A stretch of DNA of 64,000 bases from positions 992,001 to 1,056,000 of the forward strand of contig JAYWIR010000015.1 in assembly GCA_036172245.1 (NCBI GenBank), in the 5' to 3' direction. This document shows, piece by piece, positions 23,290 to 35,569 of this stretch. The notes below the pieces were generated by a model. It was not told the DNA's origin and made no database searches. It saw nothing but the letters and a program-made list of their open reading frames with translations. The position numbers and the translations under genes are program-made. Source of the stretch: Raillietiella orientalis (taxonomy: Eukaryota). The number at the start of each line of letters is the position of its first letter. The stretch's first letter is position 1.

Positions 23290-25250
23290 TTTCATCAGAG
23301 GCACTGTTGCCTTCCCGGCAGGGTCGGAAAAGCAGCCCCCGAGGGCGCTTCACTCTGAGAAGTGGCGGACGCAAAGAAAAGAGAAGAGTGAGTTGTCCCG
23401 GTGTTCCCGAGTGAGGTCGAAGAGTTGATCTATTTCCTCGGGTCAGTTCATCCGAGACGAACGTTCCAAGGCGCATTCTCCAGGTAGGGACGCCACTTCG
23501 GACGAAAGAGGAGCCTTGAGAATGTTCCTCCCGCCGCCACCAAAGAAAGAACGCGGCTCGTTTTCCTGGGTTTCCTCCAGGGACGCAAGGGACTGGAGAA
23601 GAGCGCGCCCTTCGCCAGGCCCGGCCCTTGCCCGTGCAATGAGCATGGCAAAAAGTGACCCTGCGAAGGGAACGATCGGCTGAAACCCCGGCTTCAGAGA
23701 GTGCAGAAGTCTCACTGGACCAGCGCTGGGGCGAACGGAGGGCGCAGTTTCTGACGCAGCATCGCGGAAAAGAGGATTCCCTTTCACTTAAAGTGGAGGG
23801 GGAAGAAGAGAAGCGCGCCAGGGTGTGGTCCCGAGTGAAGAGTCGGAGCTGGCAAAAGGAACGCTCCTCGATGCCCCCAAACAGGAAGAAGGAAGCGAGA
23901 GGAGGTTTCCGGGTTGCAGTCTCCGGAGCTGCGGTTCCCATCTTTCCAGGGGAAGCGGACCAAGGGCACAAGGCTTCTCCAGCGCAGGCATAGCCAAGGT
24001 ACCTCCTCCTGGTCAGCGTGGGCGCGGAGTGCACTGCTCCGGCGTCGCTCTCCTCGGCTCCTCCCTCGTCACCTCCCCGCTTCCCTCTCCCTCCTCTCCT
24101 CTTCCGTCAAGTGGCGTGTCAGCGGAAGAAAGCAGAGCACGCTCGGAACGTGCGCGCGGGGACGGAGCGCGCCTTTCGCAAACGCGGATTTGAACTGAGC
24201 GTGCGCAGCAGCCTGGGAGCGCCCCGTGCGGGTTGAGCAATCCGGCTGCGTTGGGTGACTTCCGTTCCTACGGAGGGTGGCAGCGCAGAAGGGGGGAGAA
24301 GGAGGGCGCGTGACTGCTTCTGGACGACGTGCGGGTGTGGCCCTACCTTGGGCAGAGGCAGAGAGCCGCCAGGCCAAGTGGAAGCTCCAGCTGGGAACGG
24401 GAGACGTTCCACCCACCTCGGCGGCGGTACGATCGCGTTCGGAGTCACGAGAGAGGGGGGAGAGAACCGGGACGTTCCCAGAGCACCTTCAGGCGAAGAC
24501 GGCGACCTTACGACGAGCCGCCGCCCCGCCGTCGTTAGATGGCCGGGTCCCGAGGGTCGCGCAATTCGTGCCGGCGAGCAAGTGGGCGCTGGTGTTCCAC
24601 GCTCTCAGAGTGACGAGGCTCTGGAGATCCTGGCTTTGGACCGTCGACCTCTCTGGAGCCAGTTGTCGGGAGGTTTCGGTTGGCGCGCACCCACTCTTCA
24701 GAGGAGGGCTTTGTGCATGCTCTGCGGAGTCGGCCGATCGCTCTGCTCGAGCGATTCCGTGCCACTTGGCAACACATCCTTGGGAAGATGGAAGTTGCCA
24801 AATTCCTCTAGAGTCCAAAAGTCATATTCCTTCCTCTTTCGCAAAGCTGCCTTCCCTAGCTCCCGAGAGATCCCTCTGACTCCAGAAAGATATCCGATGA
24901 GAGAGATCCTTGTGGCTTCCAGAAAAAAGGATGCTGCGGGTGGCTTGGATCTCGTCCTGGTGTGGCCCTCCCAACTCCACTGCCCTGCGTGGGAAACGGA
25001 AGGTCGACGGAAGCGCCGCAAGAGCGGACTGGGACGAAGGAGGCAGCGATTGCTTTGTAAGCATCTTCTCTCCCTACCCCGAGTTTTCTCATAGGAAGGG
25101 TCGGCAAGGAAAGATGGCCAGAGTCAGCCGACTCTGCCGCTGCACACATATTGGGAAGCCTTGGCAACTTTTTACAGTTTCCAAAGAGACCATGAAGATC
25201 TCACGTCAGAGCAACCAACAGCCCCGAACCGAGTAACGGGGTTAAGCAGG
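23290..25250 (+). mobile_element. GC-rich LINE ORF2 remnant (linker to post-RT)
   Basis: 'EEEKRARVWSRVKSRSW' (EN-RT linker pattern), 'LLLDDV' ~24315 (cf. LFADD), 'RSWLW...AHPLFRGGLC' ~24630-24715 (cf. FLW...P...GGLG). Confidence 0.5.
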
Positions 25251-25949
25251 ATCGTATGAAGAAGGAAGAGGGTGGAGCGCGGTCCGGAAACGAGAGGTAT
25301 CATGTGGGCACAACGAACCTATGCTACGGCTCTTGGCCGATTGCGGCAAGATGCCGAGAGAGCTCCGGGCTCCGATCTGCAGACTCATTCCGAATTTGAC
25401 GAAATGTCTTTTTTTTTCTTTTTTGGCACGCACAGAGAATGCTCTATGGCGAAGTGGCGCAGCAGACCGGAGGCAGGCATCTTTGTTGATGGCACCAAGA
25501 CCGTCAGCAGCTGTTCTGAAAACTGCCGTCCAGACTTAAGGATTTTTCCTATTTCCCTCCAGGTGCTGACCTCAAGTGGGATGGTACGACAGGGCTTCGA
25601 GGCCAAGAGTCTCTCTCCTTCCTCCCCTCTCTCGTCCCCAACGAGCAGCCGTTCCGTTCCGTGGTAGCCGGATACGTCGGGCAGTCTGTCCCAACAGAAA
25701 AAGCGGGATTGTGAGAAGCGGCATCACGACTCGATCTTCCGCCACCAGTAGTTGTAACAGCAATTCATATATTTAGTAATTAAGCGCTACTAATTAGATG
25801 TATCCATTGTTGTGTAATAAATGCAAACTGTAAAGTACGAACGTCATACTCTGTGAAGGAAACCAGTCGCATCAGCATCTCTTGCGCCTTTCACTCCGTG
25901 GGTCCAAAAGCAGCGTGAAAGCGAACTCGTACGCAAAAACAACAGACAG

Positions 25950-26480
25950 ACAAATAAATTGTGCAAGAAGGTACGAAACCAGGGCAACGAAAGGATCAAC
26001 TGGGAGAAGGGTAATCACCCCAAGGATGCACGAGAAAATACCGGTACCCGAGCTCTCCTGGAAGAGAAGATAGAGGGCCGAGAAAATTCCTTTGGGGCCT
26101 TCTTGATGAGGCGGCGACTGTCAACATTGCCAGGGAAGACCTGGGACTGGATAACTTTGGACGCTTGCTGCCCTGAGCATCTATGAGTGAGTCATCTATT
26201 GACCCTGGAGACTCGGCTGGAGCTAGCCACTTTCCAGAGCAATCAGAAACCGCATGGAAGGAGGCTCGCAAAACAAGAAGAGTGGCGGCGGCGGTGCTGA
26301 AGGTAGAGGAAAAAGAATCCGCTTCCCTGTTCCAGCGAGGCATCTGGAAAAGAATGCGCGCAGGTCTCCGAGATGAGAGGCTTTGACTCGCTCTTGAAAC
26401 AAACTTTACTCAAGGTCTTAAGTGCTGTCGTGGTTGGTGTTTCTTGTGCGTCTTGCCCCTTCGATCCCGAACAGAACGTG
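25950..26480 (+). mobile_element. LINE 3' end remnant (zf-RVT region)
   Basis: 'SESSIDP...ETAWKE...RGIWKRMRAGLRD' (cf. ES..H....C....W ... WxIW+ERN...F). Confidence 0.45.
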
Positions 26481-26499
26481 TAGTACATGACGGTCGTCT

Positions 26500-28500
26500 C
26501 AACTCGAGATCACATCCACCCCATGAGTTTTCAGGACCATCCTTAAACGGAAATCATCGCGGAGAAGGGCTGCAGATCACTGGACCAGTGAGAAAAAAGA
26601 CTGGAAACAGTAAGGATCATTCACTCTCTTAGGTGGATCGCGTGCGAAACAGCTTATGTCTTTCGAGAGCCGCCGACACTTGAGAGTTTGCGTAGAGAAA
26701 GTGGCATTTGATCAGAATCCGGAAGTCGCGATTCCAGATGACTCCTCCCCGGGAAAAAATCACGAGTGATTACAGAGTCACCTCTAGCCGAGGAAGACCG
26801 CTGAGATGAGATGCTGGGATGGAATGGAGCAGGCAGGTGGTGCGGGATCATTCCAGATGGACTCAGAGATTCAGATTCAGACTCCAGATCTCACTCCGAG
26901 GAACCGCAACGACATTCGCAACTTCGCTATGATTCCGGGAAACGTCGGCAGAAAGGACACTCTGCACGCAAGCAAACACTCAGGATTTGGAATGGGATTG
27001 CACTTCAAATCCGCTCGCGCATGCAAGTAAACAAGTGTTTCGAGGATCGGGAATGACAAAATAAAGTGCCGCTGCTGATGGACGCTCTCCTGGCGTGAGA
27101 GAGCGGCTTGGAAAGATGTTTTTACGATGCGATTATTTATGGAATTGGTTGTCACAGGGAAAGAGATTGCTTCATCCGAGCAGCAGTCTGATGAAGTCTG
27201 CCAGAAGTGGTTATTAAAGTTCACTGTGGACGGCAAATTCGAGAAAGGGTTCCACGAAATCTCTGAAACAAAACGGAAAGCCAGCCAGAGTGGCTGGAGG
27301 ACCGGAGTGACTTCTCCGTCCGTTTTCGGAGGGAGGAAGCTCCCTACCTGATTCCTCGGAGGACCGACCGCGGAGGAAAGTGGACCGAGAGTACGCGGCG
27401 GGAAGCGCTGCCCCTATCCTTGCGCGAAAGTCGAATCCCGATCCCTCCAACCCCATACGTGCGTTTCACGTGGAGCTAGAGATCCTCTGGTTTGACCGTT
27501 TTCTTCTATTTTGCGTATGAACGTTTGATGAATTACCTGCTTGGGATTCTGCCGAATGCTCCTAGAATATTCACGAAAGGGGAAAATGGTCGTGTAAAGA
27601 ATAAATCTGAAACTTGAATTTGATACTTGAGACAGCGAGAGGCACCATCTTATGAGCCCTTATGAAATACTTAATTTTCAGCGTCTCTGAAAGTCGATAA
27701 TAACTTCAAAGAAAGACAGGGATGATTTCAGACTATTATGATTGCGAAAAGTCATTTAGAGGAAGCAATGACCGAGGAAGATACTGAAGAAAGGAATGGA
27801 AGTCGAGCTACTCGTCTGACATTTTGCGTCCCTAGTAGGTGCACCAGCAATATCTTTGCGCTAAGCACTGATGATCCCATGCCAATTTCGCACAGAATCG
27901 CAGCTGAAGCAGTTCGCTTGGCTGCCAAATACCTCTCGTGAAGATTTTTCACTTCGATATTTTCCCCTCTGATGGACAAATCGATATTGTCATCAACTTA
28001 ATCATCGATCCATTATTCCAGTTGTTTTCTGCTCATGAAGTCTCACGCCATCAAGGAACCACATGGCTGTTTCATCTAAGGCTGCTCTTTTCTGGAGTCC
28101 ATGCAGCTGGTCAACTTACGAGGAAGTTTAGATAGAGAGCGGAAGAGTCCAGAAAGCTCAGTGAAGCTGCTCCGTGACTGACTGTAACTGAACGATGGCG
28201 TAAGCCACTATGAAAATGCTTAGGAGTGGAAGAAGTGATTTGCTCGAAACAGCTGACCGCTTCTCCACGATACACAACGCGGGCTTGTTGTCAGTGCGTC
28301 TCAGAAAGTACCGGCTGAGCTTATTGATGGGAATCAATAAGCTCAAAACAAATTCATGAGACTGCTACTAGGTACTTTCATCTGGACAATCGAATTCGTG
28401 TCCAGTAATGGCTGAATCGAAAGTTTACAAGTGCTTCCTCACCCAAAGCCTTTGTAATGAAGATCATGGATGACTCGATTCAGATGTCTCGTTACCTGGA
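26500..28500 (-). mobile_element. LINE RT (~26500-27300) and post-RT (~27740-28500) remnants
   Basis: 'RADLKCN...LRFLGVRSG' (cf. SG.++N ... +YLG+); 'LSRYFL...LLPLLSIFIVAY...AFW...LHGLQKRAALD'. Confidence 0.45.
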
Positions 28501-28979
28501 TTGGTTGCGAGTCACAGTGCTTGACTGTCTTGACTTTTCGAATTACTGAAGCAGCGAACGGAGCTCCTGTCGGAATCGGGCAAAAAAAATAGAAAAAAAA
28601 AAAAAAGAGCAAGCGTACTCGACATTCGCACCTGTTGCCTCCTTTCGCTTCCACGTGTCGTACCAAACTGGGCTCAGTAGATACTGCTTTTGTACCGAAC
28701 GATTCCCAGTACCAATTGGCCAGCTGAAGTTTCAATAAGTTTCGTCCTTCTGGGGGAACTTCTTGAGATGGCAGCTGCTGAAATGGATGAGGAACGTGAG
28801 CACAGTCGATTCGCTTCTTTCACAGGAAACGCAGACAGGAATGGCTTTTGGAGCCTCACATGCAGAAAGCCAAAGGGAAAGTCGGAAATCGGGAGGAAAC
28901 ACCGCGAGTTTTCAAAACCTGCGAACCCGGTGTTTAGTGATTGAGAATCTCTAACAAGCAATGTACTGATGATGGTCAC

Positions 28980-29350
28980 TGTGGCCTGAAGAACACCTTA
29001 GAAGGGTGAGGACGGTTCAGATCAGAATCTTTAGCTGTGCTATGATCTCGGAAGGAGAGTAACAAACGAAATCATGATGACGTGGTTTCCTGTAAACAGA
29101 AAGACGGGATGGGAAACATGCTGGTATCTGGAGATTTCGGAGAGAGCCAAGAGGACACTGGAGACGAGGCGGGGTAGTCGAGGATTTACAAGGACTGCCC
29201 GAATGTTCAAAAAATGGGTCTGGGTCAACATCCCGAACGATCAGCAAAAGTAAACGTATGTTTATTCTACATCCCCAAATCATTAATACAGTGCACACTG
29301 GACATGATCACCATCGATAAAAGGAAACTTTTGACATGAGCAACCCCTGA
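28980..29350 (-). mobile_element. LINE endonuclease remnant
   Basis: 'VLMIWGCRIN...SVYRKPRHHDFVCYSPSEIIAQLKILI' (cf. ++GDFN ... D.+R..P....+T+ ... SRID). Confidence 0.45.
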
Positions 29351-29449
29351 TACAGTCAAGATTTAAGCTTTCTGTCATTCGATAAGAGGAACCTTTTTTC
29401 GACCACGTTAAAGACGGGGAGGGGAATAAGAGAAATTCGTCAGCTATTC

Positions 29450-29950
29450 AAATAAAAAGTTGGATGTTTCACGTGAAATGGAAAAGGGAGCGAAGGCCAA
29501 AGTGGCGCGTTCGAAATGCAGCGTGGATCAATCGGCCATTTCGGAAATCGGGAAAAATAAGGAGAACTCGGAGGCCAACGTCTCCTCGTGCTGTTCCGAA
29601 ACACCGAGGAACACCTGGATGGCGATCCCGAAATTCCCTGGAGTGGACGGAGCTTCGCATTCGTGGTTTTCACAAGAGCCAGACTTGCAAAGCATCACCA
29701 TCGCAGATGAAACCTCGAAATGAGAGGCCAAGGAAATTCGTGTTCGGTTGGGATGGGGAATTTTCGGCAAGTGATGGGTGGCTATTCAGCTCCGTAACAG
29801 AAGAAATGCGGGGATTACGGAACGGGCGGAGGGAAAATCGTGTTCCTGATCCGGATACCATCAGGAACGCTCCTTTGGAGCATGCAGAAGAAAATGTAGA
29901 GGAGAGGAACAGTGTTGAAAAATTCGATATTCAGTCATTCAATTTAGCTG
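29450..29950 (+). mobile_element. LINE post-RT remnant
   Basis: 'RKFVFGWDGEFSASDGWLFSSVTEEMRGLRNG' (cf. RxF+WG....+.W..+..P+E.GGLG). Confidence 0.55.
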
Positions 29951-30369
29951 TTGAGTGGTCAGAAAGTGTCTGCCTTCCTGCTCACGATGTCCTTCTCCCG
30001 AGAAGAATACGGGAAAAAAGCAATCGTGAAGTTCGGATCAAATTTTTTATCGTGTCATCATCATTTACCACATACACTATCATTACCTTCACCTTGTGAT
30101 GTTACTGAAATTGTTCATTTGATTGTAAAAATTCATGTTACTGCTCAACAGTTTGGTTTCTTTCATTTCATTATCCAAAATTATATTTTTTTTATTTTAT
30201 TTCGGCTACCCGTCTCGATACAATCAACGACATTCCACAAAGGCAACATTTCTAGAATTTCGATTCCAGCAAAGGCGACTCTATCGAATGCGCACTGCAT
30301 GTGGACTCACGAACATCAGGATTGTAGAAAATCATTCGATTTTCGTTTCCCGCTTTCGGACTATTTAAG

Positions 30370-32260
30370 GGTTACGAGGGTGTCATGCAGAGAACACCCA
30401 GGCGCTTTCTGCGCAGCTCAATCTTTCAGAAAGGGACTGACGACATCCTGTTTCGGGAAAATGAAGGTAATGCATAAGATTCCAGGAGAGTTACTGATTG
30501 AACTCTATGCGAAGAGGAAACTACAAAAAGCGGCAGCTTCTCTGAAAAGGCATGCCCCTATTTTAATGCCCGCTTTGGCGGCGGTGTGGCTGCGGTCTCC
30601 GCTCGTGGGGCTGAGAGTTGCGTTTTCCCCACTGCTCCGCAACGAGTTCGTCCCTTGGGAATCGACCCCGAGAAATGGGTGCGTCGCGGGTTCCGAGTCC
30701 CCTTCCCCGCATGATGACGCTGGTTGGTCTGTAGGCTTCGGGTGCGGCACTGGTAGAAGCAGCCGGAAACCGGATGCCCCCGACGAGTGCCCCGGATTGC
30801 AAGTTGACCTTACAAGGATCTTTCAGGGAATCCAAGGAGGCGGTTCCTTTCCGGGTTCTCCTCCGGTTGTGCTAATGGAGACGTTTCTTTCAGAGACCCT
30901 CCTCAATCTCGTACCATGGAGCTGGTGGACCGATATATCTCCAGAGTGCGAAGAAGCGTGCTGCTCCCTTCGGGGAAAGCCGATTCAGAAAAAATTCGGA
31001 GGCATCCCTTCGTGGTTCTCTTCAGAGGTAGAAATAGGGAACGTTTTTCTTGCGGATTCCCCTCCGAAGAAGAAATTCCAGGAGCGGATCCTTTCCAGGT
31101 TCCCCTCGGAAAAGAAATGAGGAGCAGCTCCACTTAGAGAGACCCCTCCGGAGGGAAGAAGAAAGAGGTTACCTTCGGGGTTCCCCTCGGAGACAACCAG
31201 GGCGAGCGTTCCCTCCCAAGCGTAAGGGGAGCGGACTCTCTCCGGAGCCATCCCGGCTTGATAAGAGCAAAATAATCGTGCAAACACGCGGCTGTTTGTC
31301 GTTTGGTTTCATTGGGGATTCACTAAGAACGCGAGAGGCATCGAAACACCGAGGTGGGTGGGAACCCAAGAAGGCACCCACATTGTGGGGAAGCAGCAAA
31401 GAGCTGAACAACTGGTTCGAAAAACTCATTTCTTGTATACCTCCAGGACTGACTGCGTCTTCTGGAGACACTGCTTCTCATGTAGGTCAAAAAGACATCC
31501 GTATCAGCATCCACCTCCTGGAGAGGGAAAGGTTTCATCCGAGGACTGTCCTGAGGCATGGGATCAAGACAGCCACCAAACTCGGTGGAAAGCAGGGCTG
31601 CTGAAGAGCGCGAAGCCGTGTCCAAAAAACTTGCTTGGAGTCCAGAAAAGTTTGATCGGTTTCTTGGAATTCCCCGCGAAGACTTCCAGATCCAAGGATC
31701 CTTACTCCAGGACCACCGACCTCCTCTCCTTTGCCATTGCAACCGGCAAGGTTCACTGCTATATCACGGGTATCTCTTTTGGAACGAGGAAAGTCACCAC
31801 TCGTCCACGGAGAGGATCCCCAAGGGACGTACTCTTTACAGAGCAGTGGGGAACCTTTCCTCTCGTGATCGTTGGAAGCAGAGATGGCAGAGCATTGCAG
31901 GGTGTTTCGACACAAGACCTGTTGCATCAAACGTTCATCCCCTCCGGAATTGCCAGCCGCCTCTCCTCTGACCATGTTCTGCCTTATTCTGGCAATGGTT
32001 ATCCCCAAGATGGAAGAATATGGACGTCATCCAGGGAAGGGACCCGCATTCGGTATATCGCCTGCGTGAGAAGGCCTGGTATGGCACAAGAAATACCAGG
32101 GAACGTCTGGGCTGTTGTGGGCACACTCGCGTTAAACAGCGAACGCATATTCCCTACCCCATTCTCCCTCACCTGCCCAATGATGATCCGAGGTAAACAG
32201 TTCACTACTGCGAGGTCGGAGCTTCCAGCTCCCTATTTATTGTTTACTTATTGGCACTTT
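30370..32260 (+). mobile_element. 5'-truncated LINE ORF2 (RT to 3' end), family 'B' copy 2
   Basis: 'PHDDA...PGLQVDLTR' (cf. ADD...GLxVNxxK), 'KFGGIP', 'NWFEKLISCIPP', 'DRWKQRWQSI'. Nucleotide homology to 5240-5820 (rc) and 46880-47120. Confidence 0.7.
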
Positions 32261-32329
32261 CGCCCTTTCCTCTACTTCCTCCGGTCCCGGAAAGTGCAAA
32301 GTTCATGATTTTTTTTCAAAAAAAAAAGA

Positions 32330-32950
32330 TTTAGGACTAAAAGTTTCTTCTTCAGAAGACAGAGGCCGTAGCCGAATGCATCTTGTGAAAGGACGGGGCC
32401 GGAAGTCGGACTTCGAAAAAGCACAGAGGCGAGAAGGAATCCATCGCATCTTCCCTCATCGACTGGACAGCAAGAATTGGAACCTGCGAAAAAGAAGGCA
32501 AGGAAGGCGAACGCACGAGCAAGCAGAAGGAAAAGAAGAAGATCGGAGGGAGGAGGGTCGGCGTTTCGTTACAGATGAAGCACAAGGGCAAAGTATGTAC
32601 GTTGCGACAGCCTTAGAGGAGAAGGCTCGAGGAAGCCTGGAACCAAAAAATAGACTTGTCCATTCCTTCTAACACTGCAAAGTGATATGCAGCAGACCCT
32701 CGTTAACGCGGACCCGTGTGACGTGGCGAAAGAGAGATGGCGGCAAAGAAATGGAGACAGCCCTCGTATAACGCGACAAATCAGCCCCTTGCTATTCTGC
32801 GGGAAACTTTCCATTTTGTGCTGCAGTGTCCCTTCAGCAGCTTCGCAAAAGAACATAGACACACGATCCAAGGAGGTTGAATTTTTACACAATGAAAATG
32901 ACAGATCCAAAACTGTAGAATGGCTTCAACGGATTAAGTGCTAACGAAAC
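32330..32950 (+). mobile_element. LINE 3' (zf-RVT) remnant
   Basis: 'LEEKARGSLEPKNRLVHSF...KEMETALV*RDKSAPC' (cf. W...+xPKx++..W ... ET+xH...C). Confidence 0.4.
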
Positions 32951-33449
32951 TAAGTGTTCCCTCCTATTTCTCATGTGTAACCCCTAGGGCTCGTAAAGCG
33001 CGAAATGCATCCCCCGCATTATACGGAATTTTCCTGCACTATCTAATAAAAATAGAAAGAGGAACTAGATATCAACCAGCATGAGTTTTCTCGTCATATT
33101 CTGACTCCGATTGATCGTTCGGCTGCAAGAATTCTTCGTTTGGGAGAAACAGTTGTTCAACGTACCGGGGTCCTGTTTCTTTCATCCTGTGTTGCAGCGT
33201 CCAGTTTCCATGCTGTGCAGCAACAGTAAAGTGTCAACAGCGAAGTGCCAGTTAAATGATCAGTCATTCATTGTGCACATGTGTCGTTAGTTTTCAATTC
33301 TGCCTTGATGACGATTTCCAAAGCAGTCGTTACACATGTGTTCACATGTGGAGTACGGTGGCATGGTGCTTTCTTAGGTTCCTCTGTGGCACGTCATCGC
33401 GGTGCAATAGAAGAAAAAAGCATCAACCACGACAGCGACTGCGAATTGC

Positions 33450-34850
33450 CGCCTACCAAATGAAATTGTGAACGAATGAATCCAAGATCTTTTCCCTTGC
33501 AGAATCAACGGAATCTTACACTCTTCTTCATTTGTTCCAACTAACGGATTCAAATGAAGTTTTAGTAGGTTAATGTATTCATCCGGTATGCTTAAAATAT
33601 AGGTAGCATTTCCAAGTTAAAACATAGCGGACCTACTTCGACTTGGCTGGCTGAGTATTCTTTTTCAGCTCAGAGCAGAAAATTTCGATGGTTCCATCTA
33701 AAAATTCGTGAACGATTAACTGCTCAGGTGACTCTTACAAAAATGTGCACTGATTCGAAGCACTGGCGAGGGCTTCTTCAGAGTGCAGAGCCGTAAAATG
33801 AGCAATGCCAGGAGGCAGTTTTCATTGTGACTTTCGAAAGCCTAAGATGCATCCAAACTGGCAAGGAATGGAAAACACTGCACATTCCAAGCAATCCTTC
33901 TAGGTAAGAAAAGAACAGTCTATGTGGGTTTTTGTGCTTTTCCCCGTGCAAGACATCTCCATCCAGCGTGCTGAACCTTCGATTCTGGAACTACCTTTGC
34001 CGATGATCGGCATATTAGCATGGATTTTCGTCCTATCGATGCTAATGAGAATTACAAACAAGTAAAAGTGTTTCTGTTTTTTTTTTTTGAAAAACAAAGA
34101 GGAAGTGTAATTTATTAATATGAAAGATAATTCAGTAATGATGATCGTGTGTTTCGTTTTGGAACTGTAGTTTTTGTTTCAGTTACATCTCGTGTACAAC
34201 AGAATATGGAATGAAGGATGCAGCCTCGGACTTCAGGTGGAATTCGCAGACGATGGAACCCAATCGCATTGAACATTGGAAGACTACTTTTTTGCATTTC
34301 AACCATTGGTCCTCTACTTTGAAAACAAAGCGGAGATGGATCTGTTCGGATATTTCAAGGCACATAATCATGAATATTAGAATCGATTTATAACCAGATA
34401 TCGTTCTCGTGTTCCTCTAGATTGCCTCGTTTTATTGCTTATCCATTCTTCTGTCATCCTTTGTCTTTCATTCTCTGCAGTTAAGAATGATTTCCTGCCA
34501 TCCGAGTCCTGCAAGTGCTCTGATTGTTTTTCCCATGGCTCGAGATGGAAGACTCTTCCGGTAGAAGAAGCATTCTTGTTCAGATTAGAATAACGACAAG
34601 GACTCAAAGTGGAATTTATAAAGAAGAATACGTGCATGGTGGGATTCTATGAGCACTCACTGACGGCTGTAACTACATCTGAGGCGTTTCTAGGATGGAA
34701 ACATCTCAGAGGCAGAATTTCCTAAAGGTAATAAAGGTAAGGTTTGATGATAAAGCAAGGCCAATGTTTAAGCATCCTGAACTTGCTAAATGGCTGAATT
34801 AATGGAGGCTTAATTATCGTACCGATACCTTGGAATGATTCTGTTTCTTT
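33450..34850 (-). mobile_element. LINE ORF1 + endonuclease start remnant
   Basis: 'GRVFHLEPWE', 'IMCLEISEQIHLRFVFKVEDQWLKCKKVVF', then 'RIAWNVQC' ~33890 (cf. +xWNVxG). Confidence 0.55.
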
Positions 34851-35569
34851 CATTTCAAATTTTTCTTTTCCGAAGCCCTGCACCCCATTTCACAATGACA
34901 TAAAAAAATCAAACTGGGGTAAAATGGACTTCAGGGTCAGTGCAATGGAAAGCTCATTATTTTCCATTTTATTATTCTGCACGAGCAACTGATTTTTTAT
35001 CAGTTCAGTTCCCGAACTGTGTCAAAAACGTTTAGGAATGTCATGAAAATCTCGAATTACCGTCGCTGAAGAAAGCAGTTTCCCTCTGTTTTCGATCCGA
35101 AAAATTGTAGCATTCCACCCGAAATGTTAGTTTGGCCTTTTTCAAAAAATGGTTCGACGACTTGTTTAGCGAATCCACTTTTGATGAATTTTCTTCAATT
35201 AGAAGGTGGAAGATGTCATTTCTCTTTGAAAGTCCTGGTAACGAAATGCAATCTGCTTCTCTTGAAAATTCGAAAGTGAAAGTTCGTTTTTATTTTTTGA
35301 TATTCAGCTTATTAAGATATATCCCGATTCAAGTAAATTCAAAAATGCACCTCGGAAAGATAAACATGCACTTTTCGTTTCTAGATCACAGATCAGAGCA
35401 AGCGAAACCACTCTGATTTTATGCAACGAGGATTTTCGGTCCAGACGCTCAACACGTCAGATACTGCATTTGGAAAAAAGACATTTGCTCACTTCCCTTT
35501 TTTTTGAAAAAGAAAAAAGTCTTTTTGCAATTTTTCATTTTGATATTTCTTTAAGTGAATAGCTTTCTT

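Noticed and set aside
23189..25094. Overlapping 200-281 aa ORFs on both strands
   Set aside because: Typical of stop-poor GC-rich DNA; Arg/Ser/Pro/Gly-rich with no domain other than scattered LINE motifs.
31340..31800. Tyrosine-recombinase-like words on the - strand ('RSKRD', 'GSHPPR') suggesting DIRS/Ngaro
   Set aside because: The spacing (~140 codons) is too long, and the + strand explains the region better as a LINE C-terminus.
29951..32308. Longest ORFs (389 aa at 29951..31120 and 316 aa at 31358..32308) as host genes
   Set aside because: They are chance-open frames running through a frameshifted LINE ORF2; the motifs jump between frames and the DNA is repeated elsewhere in the window.
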